From Bacteroidaceae bacterium (GTDB lineage Bacteria > Bacteroidota > Bacteroidia > Bacteroidales > Bacteroidaceae): a stretch of DNA of 64,000 nt. The position numbers and the translations under genes were made by a program. Below the pieces are notes generated by a model that saw only the letters and a program-made list of their open reading frames with translations, was not told where the DNA came from and ran no database searches. The DNA lies in NCBI GenBank assembly GCA_017381475.1, contig JAFOCD010000081.1, positions 1,792 through 65,791 of the forward strand. Direction: 5' to 3'. Shown one piece after another: positions 7,808-17,589 of the stretch (position 1 is the first letter of the stretch; every line of letters begins with the position of its first letter).

Positions 7808-9355
7808 TTATTTTGATGGTAATACAATTGTAAATGTTGTTCCCACACCGGCTTCACTTTCGGCACGTATTGTTCCGCGATGCGCTTTCACAATCTGCTT
7901 TACATAGGCAAGGCCCAAGCCAAAGCCCTTCACATTGTGAACATTGCCGGTGTGTACTCTATAGAATTTATCAAAGATCTTTTTCAAATGTTCCTTTTTC
8001 ATTCCGATGCCGTTGTCCTGAACCGAAAGCATGAATTTCCCATCAGCATTCCAAGTTCGTATATGGAGCGTGATTGGAACATCAGCACGCCTATACTTGA
8101 CCGCATTGTCCATCAAATTAAACACCACATTTGTAAAGTGCATCTCATCGGCATATATATATGGGTCATCAGCCTCAAGCTCGGCGGTTATCACGCCACC
8201 CCCCTGATTTACCTTGACAGCAAAAGTATTCACAATATTTGAAACCAAATCATTCGCATCAAGTTCCCTCATATTAAGCGCAGCAGTATTCTTATCATCA
8301 AACAAGGACATCTGCAGAACCTTATCAACCTGGAACCCGAGACGCTTGGTTTCACTGGTTATCACATTAAGCAGACGTTCTGTCATTTCGGGCGACTTAT
8401 TAATGCTTTTATCCTGAAGCATTTGGGCTGCAAGCGACACGGCCGATATTGGGGTTTTCAATTCATGCGTCATATTATTAATGAAGTCATTTTTCATTTT
8501 GGTAATCCTCTTGTGTCTTACAGCCATGTACAGGGTAATCACAAATGTGATTAACAAAATAAAAGTAAACACAAATGATAACAGCATAAATTTAACCGAA
8601 TCATATATAAATTTGTTCAATCCGGATTCTGTGAATGCAATTTCAAGCACAGCTGCACGCGTTGGGGAATCATTCCCAAAAAGAGACTGACTGAACGTTT
8701 TGCCATAACCGGTTGGCGCTATTGTACAATAGACCGTATCACGACCACCATGATCCAACACCCTTATACCAAAAGGCATGTCTATACCATTATTGGCCAA
8801 TTCATCCTTTATATATCGCTCCAATTTCCGAAAATCATCAATTCTACTTTGCAGAGGCATCGCTCCTGCATTGTCCAGCAGATAAAAAAGCACTTCATCA
8901 AGCACATCACGCTGATACTTTGCACGCATTTTAAGCAAATCGTATTGCAATCTCTGAGCCTCTTCAACCGTATGCACCTTGCTAAACTCCTTGACAAATA
9001 GTTCACTATCGAATTCTGCATCAAAAGCAGATACCGGAATTGTCGTATTCACGGTTATAGTAGATACTGCACCGCCATTTGTCGTAGAGGTCGTGTAACT
9101 CTTCACTTGCATTTGGGCACCACCAACAAAACTGCCCCTTTTAATATAATTACGACTATCCTCTGTAAGATATTTACGCACCTCGTCTACTTCCAGTTTA
9201 TGCGCCACCTGATTCAATGTACGGTGAGCAGCCTCATACACATATTCCTTGCGCATTGAAACGAACGTATTTATATATGAGACCTGCAGATACAGCAAGG
9301 CCACAAAACATACGCCTATTATAATCGCAATTGTACTTATCGTTATCTTTTTCAT
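7808..9355 (-). CDS. Sensor histidine kinase (RprX-like), membrane-bound
   Basis: 515 aa with an N-terminal TM, a second TM near residue 260, the H-box FINNMTHELKTPISAV, and HATPase motifs (NLMDNAVKY, DNGIGM, GFGLGLAYV). Confidence 0.85.
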   Translation of the reverse strand: MKKITISTIAIIIGVCFVALLYLQVSYINTFVSMRKEYVYEAAHRTLNQVAHKLEVDEVRKYLTEDSRNYIKRGSFVGGAQMQVKSYTTSTTNGGAVSTITVNTTIPVSAFDAEFDSELFVKEFSKVHTVEEAQRLQYDLLKMRAKYQRDVLDEVLFYLLDNAGAMPLQSRIDDFRKLERYIKDELANNGIDMPFGIRVLDHGGRDTVYCTIAPTGYGKTFSQSLFGNDSPTRAAVLEIAFTESGLNKFIYDSVKFMLLSFVFTFILLITFVITLYMAVRHKRITKMKNDFINNMTHELKTPISAVSLAAQMLQDKSINKSPEMTERLLNVITSETKRLGFQVDKVLQMSLFDDKNTAALNMRELDANDLVSNIVNTFAVKVNQGGGVITAELEADDPYIYADEMHFTNVVFNLMDNAVKYRRADVPITLHIRTWNADGKFMLSVQDNGIGMKKEHLKKIFDKFYRVHTGNVHNVKGFGLGLAYVKQIVKAHRGTIRAESEAGVGTTFTIVLPSK

Positions 9356-9571
9356 ATCGCAAATATAATCAGTACGTTTTTATAACAATAAAGAAAGGAC
9401 AACTAATTGTAACCATTTTTTATTAATTAACATTATAAAGTTCTATAATTATGATTTTAACAACTAAAAACACGCCCAACCAACAAAGTTTGTAAAACAC
9501 ACACGTATTTTAACATAAAAAACGAAGGACTGGTTTAAACCAGCCCTTCGTCATCTATCTTTGAAATTAAA

Positions 9572-11725
9572 TCATTCCTCATCCTTCACAGCCAACTCCT
9601 CAACAAGTTTGTTCTGAACATCACCGGGAACGAGCTCGTATGTCGAAGGCGACATTATGAACGAAGCACGACCACCAGTGAGCGAACTCAAAGTTGTAGA
9701 GTATGAAGCCATCTCTTTCAAAGGAACTTTGGCAGCGAGTTTCTCGTAACCGTTCTCACTCTCCATACCCATGATCATACCACGACGGCCTTGAATGTCG
9801 CTCATCACGTCACCCATCTTGTCCGATGGCACGAATACCTCTACATCATATACAGGCTCGAGCACCTTTGGACCAGCCTCACGGAACGCAGCACTGAAGG
9901 CATTGCGGCCAGCGAGCATGAATGAAAGTTCGTTAGAATCTACCGGATGCATCTTACCGTCATAAACGATAACGCGTACATCGCGTGCATAAGAACCGGT
10001 AAGCGGACCGCGCTCCATGCGCTCCATCACACCCTTGAGGATTGCAGGCATAAAGCGTGCATCGATGCAACCACCCACAATACTGTTCACAAACACGAGC
10101 TTGCCGCCCCAATCAAGTGTCACCTCCTCGGTAGCCTTGGCATTGATCTTGAACTCCTGACCGCCGAAACGATATACCTCCTGCAATGGCTTGCCCTCCT
10201 CGTATGGCTCAACAATCATGTGAACCTCACCGAACTGGCCCGCACCACCCGACTGCTTCTTGTGACGATAGTCGGCACGCGCAGCCTTGGTAATTGTCTC
10301 ACGATATGGAATCCTTGGCTCCTCGTACTTCACCTGAACCTTCTCTACATGCTCAAGACGCCATTTCAAAGTACGCAAGTGGAACTCACCCTGACCATGA
10401 ACAATTGTCTGGTGAAGTTCCTTTGACTGCTCAACGCGCCATGTAGGATCCTCTTCGTGCATACGGTTGAGAATCTGCATCATCTTCTCAATCTCAGACT
10501 CATTTACAGGCTTGATTGCGCGTGAATATTTAGAAGCAGGATACTTCACAAGAGCGAACTTGTGTGTGCAATCCTTTGCGTTCAATGTATTTCCAATCTT
10601 GATATCCTTCAATTTTACGGTACATCCCAAGTCACCGGCCTTCAATTCCTCGACTGCCACACGATTTGCACCCGCACTACAGAAGATCTGCGCAATGCGT
10701 TCCTTTGAACCGCGATCGGCATTCAAAAGGTCGTCACCAGCCTTCAATGTACCACTCATCACCTTGAAGTAATTCACCTCACCGATGTGTGGCTCAACAG
10801 ATGTCTTGTAGAAGAAAATTGATGTAGGCGCATCACTGTTATAAGGCACAGTCTCGCCATCGGCATCAACAGGCTGTGGCATATCTGTAATCTCAGGAGC
10901 CACATTTGCAAGGAACTCGAGCAGACGGCTCACTGCAACATCGGTAGAAGCCGAGCAGCAGAGCACAGGATAAACGCTGTCAGTCTCAAGACCAAGGCGT
11001 GCTCCCTTGCGGATTTCGTCAGTTGTCAACTCCTCAGATTCAAAGAACTTATCCATCAAGCCCTCTTCGTTCTCAGCAGCCTTCTCAACAAGTTCCATGT
11101 GAAGAGCCTTAGCCTTATCGAACTCGCTGGCTGGAATATCCTCTACAAGTGGTGGCTGACCCTCACCAGTATAAGTAAGTTTCTTCATCAGAAGCACATC
11201 AATGATTGTGCTGAAGCCAGGACCTGCGTTCAAAGGATACTGTACAGGAACTACTTTTGAACCATAGATTGACTGCAACTGCTCAATAATTGTATCGTAG
11301 TCACATTTTTCATTGTCAACCTGGTTGACAACAAACATCATAGGCTTCTTCATCTTCTTCACATAGCGGAAGCAGTTCTGTGTACCCACCTCAACACCAT
11401 ACTGACCGTTGATAACCATAATGGCCAAATCGGCAACAGTCATAGCGCTGACCATACTACCTGCGAAGTCGTCAGAACCCGGACAGTCAATAAGGTTCAA
11501 TTTCTTGCCGGCCTGTTCTATCTGAAAAACAGTTGAGAACACTGAATAGCCATACTCCTGCTCTACAGGGAAGTAATCGCTGACAGTGTTCTTTGCCTCA
11601 ATTGTACCTCTGCGTTTGATGATTCCACCCTCATAGAGCATAGCCTCTGTGAGAGTGGTTTTTCCAGAGCCGGAACATCCTACGATAGCAATGTTCTTGA
11701 TTTCGTTAGTCTGATAAGTTTTCAT
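9572..11725 (-). CDS. Elongation factor G family GTPase (EF-G paralogue)
   Basis: 717 aa. It has a GTPase domain (IAIVGCSGSGKTTLTEAML, DCPGSDDF, NQVD) and EF-G domains II-V (e.g. HKKQSGGAGQFGEV). The P-loop differs from the canonical AHIDAGKTT of primary EF-G. Confidence 0.8.
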   Translation of the reverse strand: MKTYQTNEIKNIAIVGCSGSGKTTLTEAMLYEGGIIKRRGTIEAKNTVSDYFPVEQEYGYSVFSTVFQIEQAGKKLNLIDCPGSDDFAGSMVSAMTVADLAIMVINGQYGVEVGTQNCFRYVKKMKKPMMFVVNQVDNEKCDYDTIIEQLQSIYGSKVVPVQYPLNAGPGFSTIIDVLLMKKLTYTGEGQPPLVEDIPASEFDKAKALHMELVEKAAENEEGLMDKFFESEELTTDEIRKGARLGLETDSVYPVLCCSASTDVAVSRLLEFLANVAPEITDMPQPVDADGETVPYNSDAPTSIFFYKTSVEPHIGEVNYFKVMSGTLKAGDDLLNADRGSKERIAQIFCSAGANRVAVEELKAGDLGCTVKLKDIKIGNTLNAKDCTHKFALVKYPASKYSRAIKPVNESEIEKMMQILNRMHEEDPTWRVEQSKELHQTIVHGQGEFHLRTLKWRLEHVEKVQVKYEEPRIPYRETITKAARADYRHKKQSGGAGQFGEVHMIVEPYEEGKPLQEVYRFGGQEFKINAKATEEVTLDWGGKLVFVNSIVGGCIDARFMPAILKGVMERMERGPLTGSYARDVRVIVYDGKMHPVDSNELSFMLAGRNAFSAAFREAGPKVLEPVYDVEVFVPSDKMGDVMSDIQGRRGMIMGMESENGYEKLAAKVPLKEMASYSTTLSSLTGGRASFIMSPSTYELVPGDVQNKLVEELAVKDEE

Positions 11726-11968
11726 ATTATTTTGTTTTTTTAGTTTATGGAATGAGAATGGGGTTAAAACAAATAATCTTCATCGTTCTGAATAGTTTTT
11801 ATTCACCTTGCGCCCTTAACTCCATCCCAAAAGGTTAGTTAGTTAGTTTTTTTAAAAGTGTTGGCAATGTAGGAATTTTTCGAAACAAAAGCAAATAGAA
11901 TGGGAATGTTTTTTAGAAAAGAGATAAAAAAAGTAACTTCGCGTCGAAAATTCAACACAATTTGACAA

Positions 11969-13096
11969 ATGGCAGGTCTGTACATACATATCCCATTCTG
12001 CAAGCAGCGTTGCAGCTACTGCGCTTTCTACTCCACTACCTTATATAATATAAGAGAGAGATATGTCAATGCGCTATGCAAGGAACTTGCCATGCGCAAG
12101 GAGTATGCAGGCGGAGGGACTATAGAGACCATATACTTTGGCGGTGGCACACCATCGACGCTTTCAATGGAGCAGTTGCAAAAGATTTGCGACGCCATTT
12201 ATGCCACCTACACCGTTTCTGTCACTCCCGAAGTGACCATCGAGTGCAACCCCGATGATCTGACCCCGGATTTCCTTGCACAGTTAAAACGATTGCCGTT
12301 CAACCGCATAAGCATGGGAGTGCAGAGTTTCAACGACGTGCAACTCAAACGCCTTGGCCGACGCCATGACGCAGAGAAGGCACGCCAAGCAGTAAAGAAT
12401 GCCCGCGAAGCCGGTTATGACAACATCAGCATCGACCTTATATTCGCACTACCCGGTTCCACATTGGCAGAATGGGAACACGACCTTGACAGTGCCATAG
12501 CACTGCGCCCCGACCATTTATCGGCCTATAACCTGACATACGAAGAGGGCACCCCCTTGCACCGCGCACTTGAAGGCGGCGATTTTGCTGAGCTGAGCGA
12601 GGAGGAGAACATCGAGCAGTTCCAGATGCTCATTGCCAAACTAAAAGAAGCCGGCTACAACCACTATGAGATTTCAAACTTTGCGAAACCAGGATGCGAG
12701 AGCCGCCACAACAGCAGCTACTGGAACGACACACCATACATCGGTTGCGGAGCAGCCGCCCACTCATACAACGGCACATCGCGCCAATGGAACATCGCAA
12801 ACATAGAAGAATATATAAAAGGTATAGAAAACGGCTTACCAAACTTTGAGATAGAAGAGTTGAGCGAAGAGGAACACTACAACGACACTATACTCACCCG
12901 TCTGCGCACCGCTAAAGGCATTCCACTGGAATGGATGAAGAAAAAGTTCTGCGAGAGACTGAACAGATACATGCAACATGCTATAGAAAAGGAAACTGCA
13001 CTTGACAACCTAAAAGAAGAGAACGGTTTCGTTTCTCTTACCCAAAAGGGCATTTTCATTAGCGATGCTGTTATACGAGAACTAATTTATATATAA
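11969..13096 (+). CDS. hemW: Radical SAM heme chaperone HemW (HemN-like, oxygen-independent coproporphyrinogen oxidase family)
   Basis: 375 aa. It has the CxxxCxxC radical-SAM motif at IPFCKQRCSYCAF, followed by GGGTPS. The length is typical of HemW. Confidence 0.8.
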   Translation: MAGLYIHIPFCKQRCSYCAFYSTTLYNIRERYVNALCKELAMRKEYAGGGTIETIYFGGGTPSTLSMEQLQKICDAIYATYTVSVTPEVTIECNPDDLTPDFLAQLKRLPFNRISMGVQSFNDVQLKRLGRRHDAEKARQAVKNAREAGYDNISIDLIFALPGSTLAEWEHDLDSAIALRPDHLSAYNLTYEEGTPLHRALEGGDFAELSEEENIEQFQMLIAKLKEAGYNHYEISNFAKPGCESRHNSSYWNDTPYIGCGAAAHSYNGTSRQWNIANIEEYIKGIENGLPNFEIEELSEEEHYNDTILTRLRTAKGIPLEWMKKKFCERLNRYMQHAIEKETALDNLKEENGFVSLTQKGIFISDAVIRELIYI

Positions 13097-13138
13097 CAAC
13101 ACTACACAAAAGAAAATCACACACAAACACACTATAAA

Positions 13139-14206
13139 ATGACAAAAGAAGATAGCCTACAACTTAAAGGCATAGCCATCATGATGATGTTATGGCTACA
13201 CCTCTTTGGAACCGACCAGGAGATTTTGGCCGAAACAGACAAATCAATATACTTATGGGACGGTGAGCCACTTATTTTTGCAATGAGAAAATTCGGCCGA
13301 ATGTGCGTAGTACTTTACACATTCCTCGGCGGCTATGGACTTGCAAAAGTATATCAAAGATGTCCCAATGCTAAAGGATTTGGAATCATTGGAGGGATGA
13401 ACAACGGGAAAAGACTATGGAATCTTTTCACAAACTACTGGATAGTAATGCTATTGTTTTTAATAATTGCGACAATTCTTAAACCGGACATTTACCCGGG
13501 CAATGCAACTGACATAACACAGAACATCACAGCACTGAACAGCACATACAACGACTCCTTGTGGTTCTTATTTCCTTACGCGTTGCTAACCCTTTTTGCA
13601 AGTCCAATTATCAGATTATCACGTTCATTGCGCGGCATGCAATTATGGTTTTTTATTACAATGGCACTAGTTGTAAAAATAATAGCATACAACACCGCCA
13701 TCCCCCATGACAGTTGGGGAAGAATTGTGTTAGGCAACATTATTAGCGCATTAGGATTATTCTTCATGTTTTTCATCGGAGCCATATTTGCCAACAATTC
13801 ACTGATAGAGAAAACCGTGAAATGGACAAGACTGCAAGTTTCCGACTCATTCATCGTACAGAAGCTACACATTGGAGCATCCACAGTTTTTACAATTCTT
13901 CTGTTTGGATTATTCGTTGGACGAGTAGCACTTGGAGCATCGACACTTATAGATCCTGTATATATAATCTTGATGATAATTCCATTTCTATGCATTGAGC
14001 GACCCAAATGGATCGCAACAAGCCTCGCATACATTGGCAAACACTCAACGAATATTTGGTTTACACATAGATACATCCTTGTACTTACAGGAACTGCCAT
14101 AACATTTTTCCGGTTCCCTATTGTCATATTAATTGCGTTGATAGCCGGTTGCCTGGCATGTTCATATATAATTAACGCAATCAAGAAAGTAACACTCAAA
14201 GCATAG
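13139..14206 (+). CDS. Polytopic membrane protein, acyltransferase-3 family-like
   Basis: 355 aa with about 10 hydrophobic helices. The N-terminal LKGIAIMMMLWLHLF resembles the acyltransferase_3 entry motif. The functional call is tentative. Confidence 0.5.
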   Translation: MTKEDSLQLKGIAIMMMLWLHLFGTDQEILAETDKSIYLWDGEPLIFAMRKFGRMCVVLYTFLGGYGLAKVYQRCPNAKGFGIIGGMNNGKRLWNLFTNYWIVMLLFLIIATILKPDIYPGNATDITQNITALNSTYNDSLWFLFPYALLTLFASPIIRLSRSLRGMQLWFFITMALVVKIIAYNTAIPHDSWGRIVLGNIISALGLFFMFFIGAIFANNSLIEKTVKWTRLQVSDSFIVQKLHIGASTVFTILLFGLFVGRVALGASTLIDPVYIILMIIPFLCIERPKWIATSLAYIGKHSTNIWFTHRYILVLTGTAITFFRFPIVILIALIAGCLACSYIINAIKKVTLKA

Positions 14207-14221
14207 CAATAAAACATCAGG

Positions 14222-14289
14222 CCGGACTAGTTGAAGTGAACCCCAAAAGTTTTTTGTCTAACTTTTGGGGTTCACTTCAACTAGTCCGG
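14222..14289. terminator. Exceptionally long perfect hairpin (30-bp stem, 8-nt loop) between convergent genes
   Basis: ccggactagttgaagtgaaccccaaaagtt (14222-14251) and its exact reverse complement (14260-14289) flank the loop ttttgtct. A T-run follows on the plus strand. Confidence 0.85.
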
Positions 14290-14311
14290 ATCTCTTTTTT
14301 GTTTTTCAGAA

Positions 14312-15700
14312 TTACATCAAGCTGTTTGCAAGTGCAAGAATCTCCTCTCCGATAGCATCGGCTGCCTCTTGTGTAGGACCCTCTGAATAGATGCGGATGA
14401 TTGGCTCGGTGTTACTCTTGCGCAAGTGTACCCAAGTCTCGGGGAAGTCAAGCTTCACACCGTCAACAGTGTTGATCTCGGCCTTGCCTGCGTATGTAGC
14501 CTTAATCTTCTCAAGGATAGCATCAACATCGCAACCAGGCTTCAAGTCAATACGGTTCTTGCCCATAAAATAAGCAGGGTATGTTGCACGAAGCTCGCTG
14601 ACAGTCTTCTTCTCGTGAGCGAGGTGACTCAAGAACAAGCAGATGCCAACCAAAGCGTCACGACCGGCATGGCAAGCAGGATAGATTACACCACCGTTAC
14701 CCTCACCACCAATGATGGCGTTTGTCTCGCGCATCTTTGTAACAACATTCACCTCACCTACGGCCGATGCTGTATATGTGCAACCATGAGCGTTTGTAAC
14801 ATCGCGGAGTGCGCGTGTTGAGCTGAGGTTAGAAACAGTGTTACCTGGAGTGTGTTTCAATACATAGTCTGCAACTGTAACGAGTGTGTACTCCTCGCCG
14901 TACATCTCACCATTCTCGCAGATGATAGCCAAACGGTCAACATCGGGGTCTACAACAAATGCTACATCGTTGCCACCCTTTGCCATCAAGCCCATGATAT
15001 CACCCAAGTTCTTTGCCAAAGGCTCTGGATTGTGCTGGAAGTCACCAGTTGGCTCGCAGTAGAGCTTGTCAACTTTTGTAATACCCAACTTCTCGAAAAG
15101 CTTTGGAAGAATTACACCACCAACAGAGTTAACGCAGTCAATGGCAACCTTGAAACCGGCAGCCTTGATAGCCTCAACATCAACGAGAGGCAATGCAAGG
15201 ACAGCCTCAATATGCTTGTCATCATATGTCTCATCAAGACGATATTTTCCAAGTGTCTCTACATCGGCATAGTCGAACTCCTCGGCTGCTGCAATGCGAA
15301 GCACTTCCTGTCCCTCGGCAGCATTCAAGAACTCGCCTTTCTCGTTAAGAAGCTTGAGCGCGTTCCACTGGCGTGGGTTGTGGCTCGCTGTGAGGATGAT
15401 ACCACCACAAGCATCTTCCATAGTAACAGCGACCTCGGTTGTTGGAGTTGAAGCCAAGCCTATGTCAACAACATCGAAGCCCATGCCCATGAGAGTACCG
15501 CAAACGATTTTGTTAACCATCTCGCCCGAGAGACGGGCATCGCGACCTACAACAATCTTGTTGCTTGTCTTTGTAGTTGTCTTACGTATCAGCGCTGCAT
15601 ACGCCGATGTCAATTTCACAACATCCAGAGGAGTCAAACCTTCGTCGGCACGACCACCGATGGTACCTCTGATTCCCGAAATAGATTTAATTAGTGTCAT
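14312..15700 (-). CDS. glmM: Phosphoglucosamine mutase
   Basis: 462 aa. MTLIKSISGIRGTIGG, the active-site segment TASHNP, and the DPDVDR motif are seen. Length and motifs match Bacteroidetes GlmM. Confidence 0.85.
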   Translation of the reverse strand: MTLIKSISGIRGTIGGRADEGLTPLDVVKLTSAYAALIRKTTTKTSNKIVVGRDARLSGEMVNKIVCGTLMGMGFDVVDIGLASTPTTEVAVTMEDACGGIILTASHNPRQWNALKLLNEKGEFLNAAEGQEVLRIAAAEEFDYADVETLGKYRLDETYDDKHIEAVLALPLVDVEAIKAAGFKVAIDCVNSVGGVILPKLFEKLGITKVDKLYCEPTGDFQHNPEPLAKNLGDIMGLMAKGGNDVAFVVDPDVDRLAIICENGEMYGEEYTLVTVADYVLKHTPGNTVSNLSSTRALRDVTNAHGCTYTASAVGEVNVVTKMRETNAIIGGEGNGGVIYPACHAGRDALVGICLFLSHLAHEKKTVSELRATYPAYFMGKNRIDLKPGCDVDAILEKIKATYAGKAEINTVDGVKLDFPETWVHLRKSNTEPIIRIYSEGPTQEAADAIGEEILALANSLM

Positions 15701-15717
15701 TTATAGTCGTTTAAAAG

Positions 15718-16362
15718 TTATTCTGGAATTATCACAGACACACTTGGCTGGAACGATATCTGATAGCGGCATGGATATACATATGTTGCCGCTGTGGATG
15801 TTCCCCTTGTGTGTGGAACAATTATGTTAACTTTTGCAAGGTTGCTCTGCTTACGTGTAAATGTAAGGAACCTGAGCGGAACAAGCCAACCCGAAGGCAC
15901 CGAACTGCCATAGACAGTATTCATTATTCCCGATGTAAAAGTCGCTGTATACGAGCCACTGGTATTGGTAACACGCATTTCGTCAGGATCGGCAGCATAC
16001 AAATTGGCAGTAATGGTATCACCGTCCTGAATATTATACTCATAGTAACGGATGAGAAGATCCACATTATCGCCATCTTCTATGCGATATGCTGTAGAAT
16101 CTTTAACAACAGGATTATTCACTATCTGCATGTAGACATCATCAATCTCCACGAATTCATTCTTGCTCACATCGGTGGTAGAATCGTTTGCGACAAACTC
16201 TTCGAAAGAGATGATCTTGATATTCTGTTCCTTGATGTAATCACTCACCGCCTCGCGCTCCTTCTCCTTCATCTCGGAATATGTAACCGTGTCATCGCAC
16301 GATGCAAAGAGCAACGCGATGAACGGAAGAATCAACAAATAACCAAATTTATTTTTCAACAT
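15718..16362 (-). CDS. Lipoprotein (DUF4827-like), conserved downstream of glmM
   Basis: The start is trimmed to MLKNKFGYLLILPFIALLFASCDD (lipobox LFASC). The family name is from memory of Bacteroides synteny and was not searched. Confidence 0.55.
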   Translation of the reverse strand: MLKNKFGYLLILPFIALLFASCDDTVTYSEMKEKEREAVSDYIKEQNIKIISFEEFVANDSTTDVSKNEFVEIDDVYMQIVNNPVVKDSTAYRIEDGDNVDLLIRYYEYNIQDGDTITANLYAADPDEMRVTNTSGSYTATFTSGIMNTVYGSSVPSGWLVPLRFLTFTRKQSNLAKVNIIVPHTRGTSTAATYVYPCRYQISFQPSVSVIIPE

Positions 16363-16493
16363 ACTGTTTTTCAATATTTCCCAACTTCGTTGGATTTCCA
16401 AAAATACAACTTTTTGCGAAGATACAAAAACTATAGCAAAAAAAGCCGAAGACAATTATGAAATAATCATAAAATATCCTTTTTCGCCGGCGC

Positions 16494-17534
16494 TCACTCC
16501 GTCAGTTCGGCCTTGTACTTTTGCAATGCCTGCCTGAAACGCTCGACTGCCATCTCCATAGTACCATACACCTCGCCACCCGAGGCATTCTTGTGACCAC
16601 CACCATTGAAGAAATCTGCAGCAACGGCATTGCATGGAAAATCATCGACACTGCGCAGAGACACATTTATCTTGCCAGGCTGCTCCTCGCGCAGAAAACA
16701 CGAGAAGCGCACGCCCTTCACCTGCAAAGGCTGGTTTACAAGCCCTTCGGTATCACCCTTTGAAGCATAGAAGCGCATTAGTTCGCTGTGCGAAAGCGTT
16801 ATAAGCGCCGCATTGTACTTGTTATAGACTTTTAGTTTGTCATACATGGCATAACCCCAAAGCCTCATCCTTGTAACCGAGAAATTATAGAACACCTTGC
16901 GGTATATCCAGTCCTTGTCAATGCCTTTGTCAAGCAGTTCGGCAATAATCAGATAGACATCCTTGCGTGTCGATGCGTATGCAAACGCACCGGTATCGGT
17001 CATCATGCCGGTGTAGATGCACTGTGCCATTTCAAAGTTCAGCGCCTCTGTTCCACCCAAGGCTGTTATAACCCTGAATACCAATTCACATGTTGAGCAA
17101 GCCTCGGGGTGCGAAACAAGCACATTGAATTCGTCCGAAGGTTGCGGGTGATGGTCAATTAGGACTTTCGGTGCAGACGAAGCAGCAATACACTGGGCCG
17201 CATCGCCTGTTCGCGACAGCACATTATAATCGAGACAAAACAGAGCATCGGCAGTAGCAACCAAACTTTCGCAGCGCTCCTTGTCGACATCATAAGCCAG
17301 CACTTCATCGGCCGATGGCAACCAAGACAGGAACGCCGGATATGTATTTGGCAACACCACCGTTGCCTCCTTGCCAAGGCTGCGCAGATAGTGGCAAAGT
17401 GCCAATGTAGAGCCCATGGCATCACCGTCGGGGTTCTTGTGTGCGGTAATAACATAACTGCGGCCTTTTCCAACAATCTCCTTTATGGAGCCAATACTCT
17501 CTTGTGATATTATATTTTCAAGCATGTCTTTCAT
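16494..17534 (-). CDS. DHH-family phosphoesterase (NrnA-like oligoribonuclease / pAp phosphatase)
   Basis: It has AHKNPDGDAMGS (DHH motif I-II region), LIDHHP (the DHH motif), and a C-terminal GGGHKNASGG (DHHA1). The start is trimmed to the ATG at 17534 (MKDMLENI), because the track extension overlaps comEC. Confidence 0.8.
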   Translation of the reverse strand: MKDMLENIISQESIGSIKEIVGKGRSYVITAHKNPDGDAMGSTLALCHYLRSLGKEATVVLPNTYPAFLSWLPSADEVLAYDVDKERCESLVATADALFCLDYNVLSRTGDAAQCIAASSAPKVLIDHHPQPSDEFNVLVSHPEACSTCELVFRVITALGGTEALNFEMAQCIYTGMMTDTGAFAYASTRKDVYLIIAELLDKGIDKDWIYRKVFYNFSVTRMRLWGYAMYDKLKVYNKYNAALITLSHSELMRFYASKGDTEGLVNQPLQVKGVRFSCFLREEQPGKINVSLRSVDDFPCNAVAADFFNGGGHKNASGGEVYGTMEMAVERFRQALQKYKAELTE

Positions 17535-17589
17535 TTTTTCAATTACGAAGATATTACATAGGACGCAAATATTCCTCATCAAGCGCAAA

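Noticed and set aside
11740-11910. GAATGaGAATGGG at about 11747 and GAATGGGAATG at about 11896, in the EF-G / hemW divergent intergenic region, considered as possible paired operator sites.
   Set aside because: The similarity is short and imperfect. There is no helical phasing or consistent position relative to -7 boxes, and there is no candidate regulator nearby.
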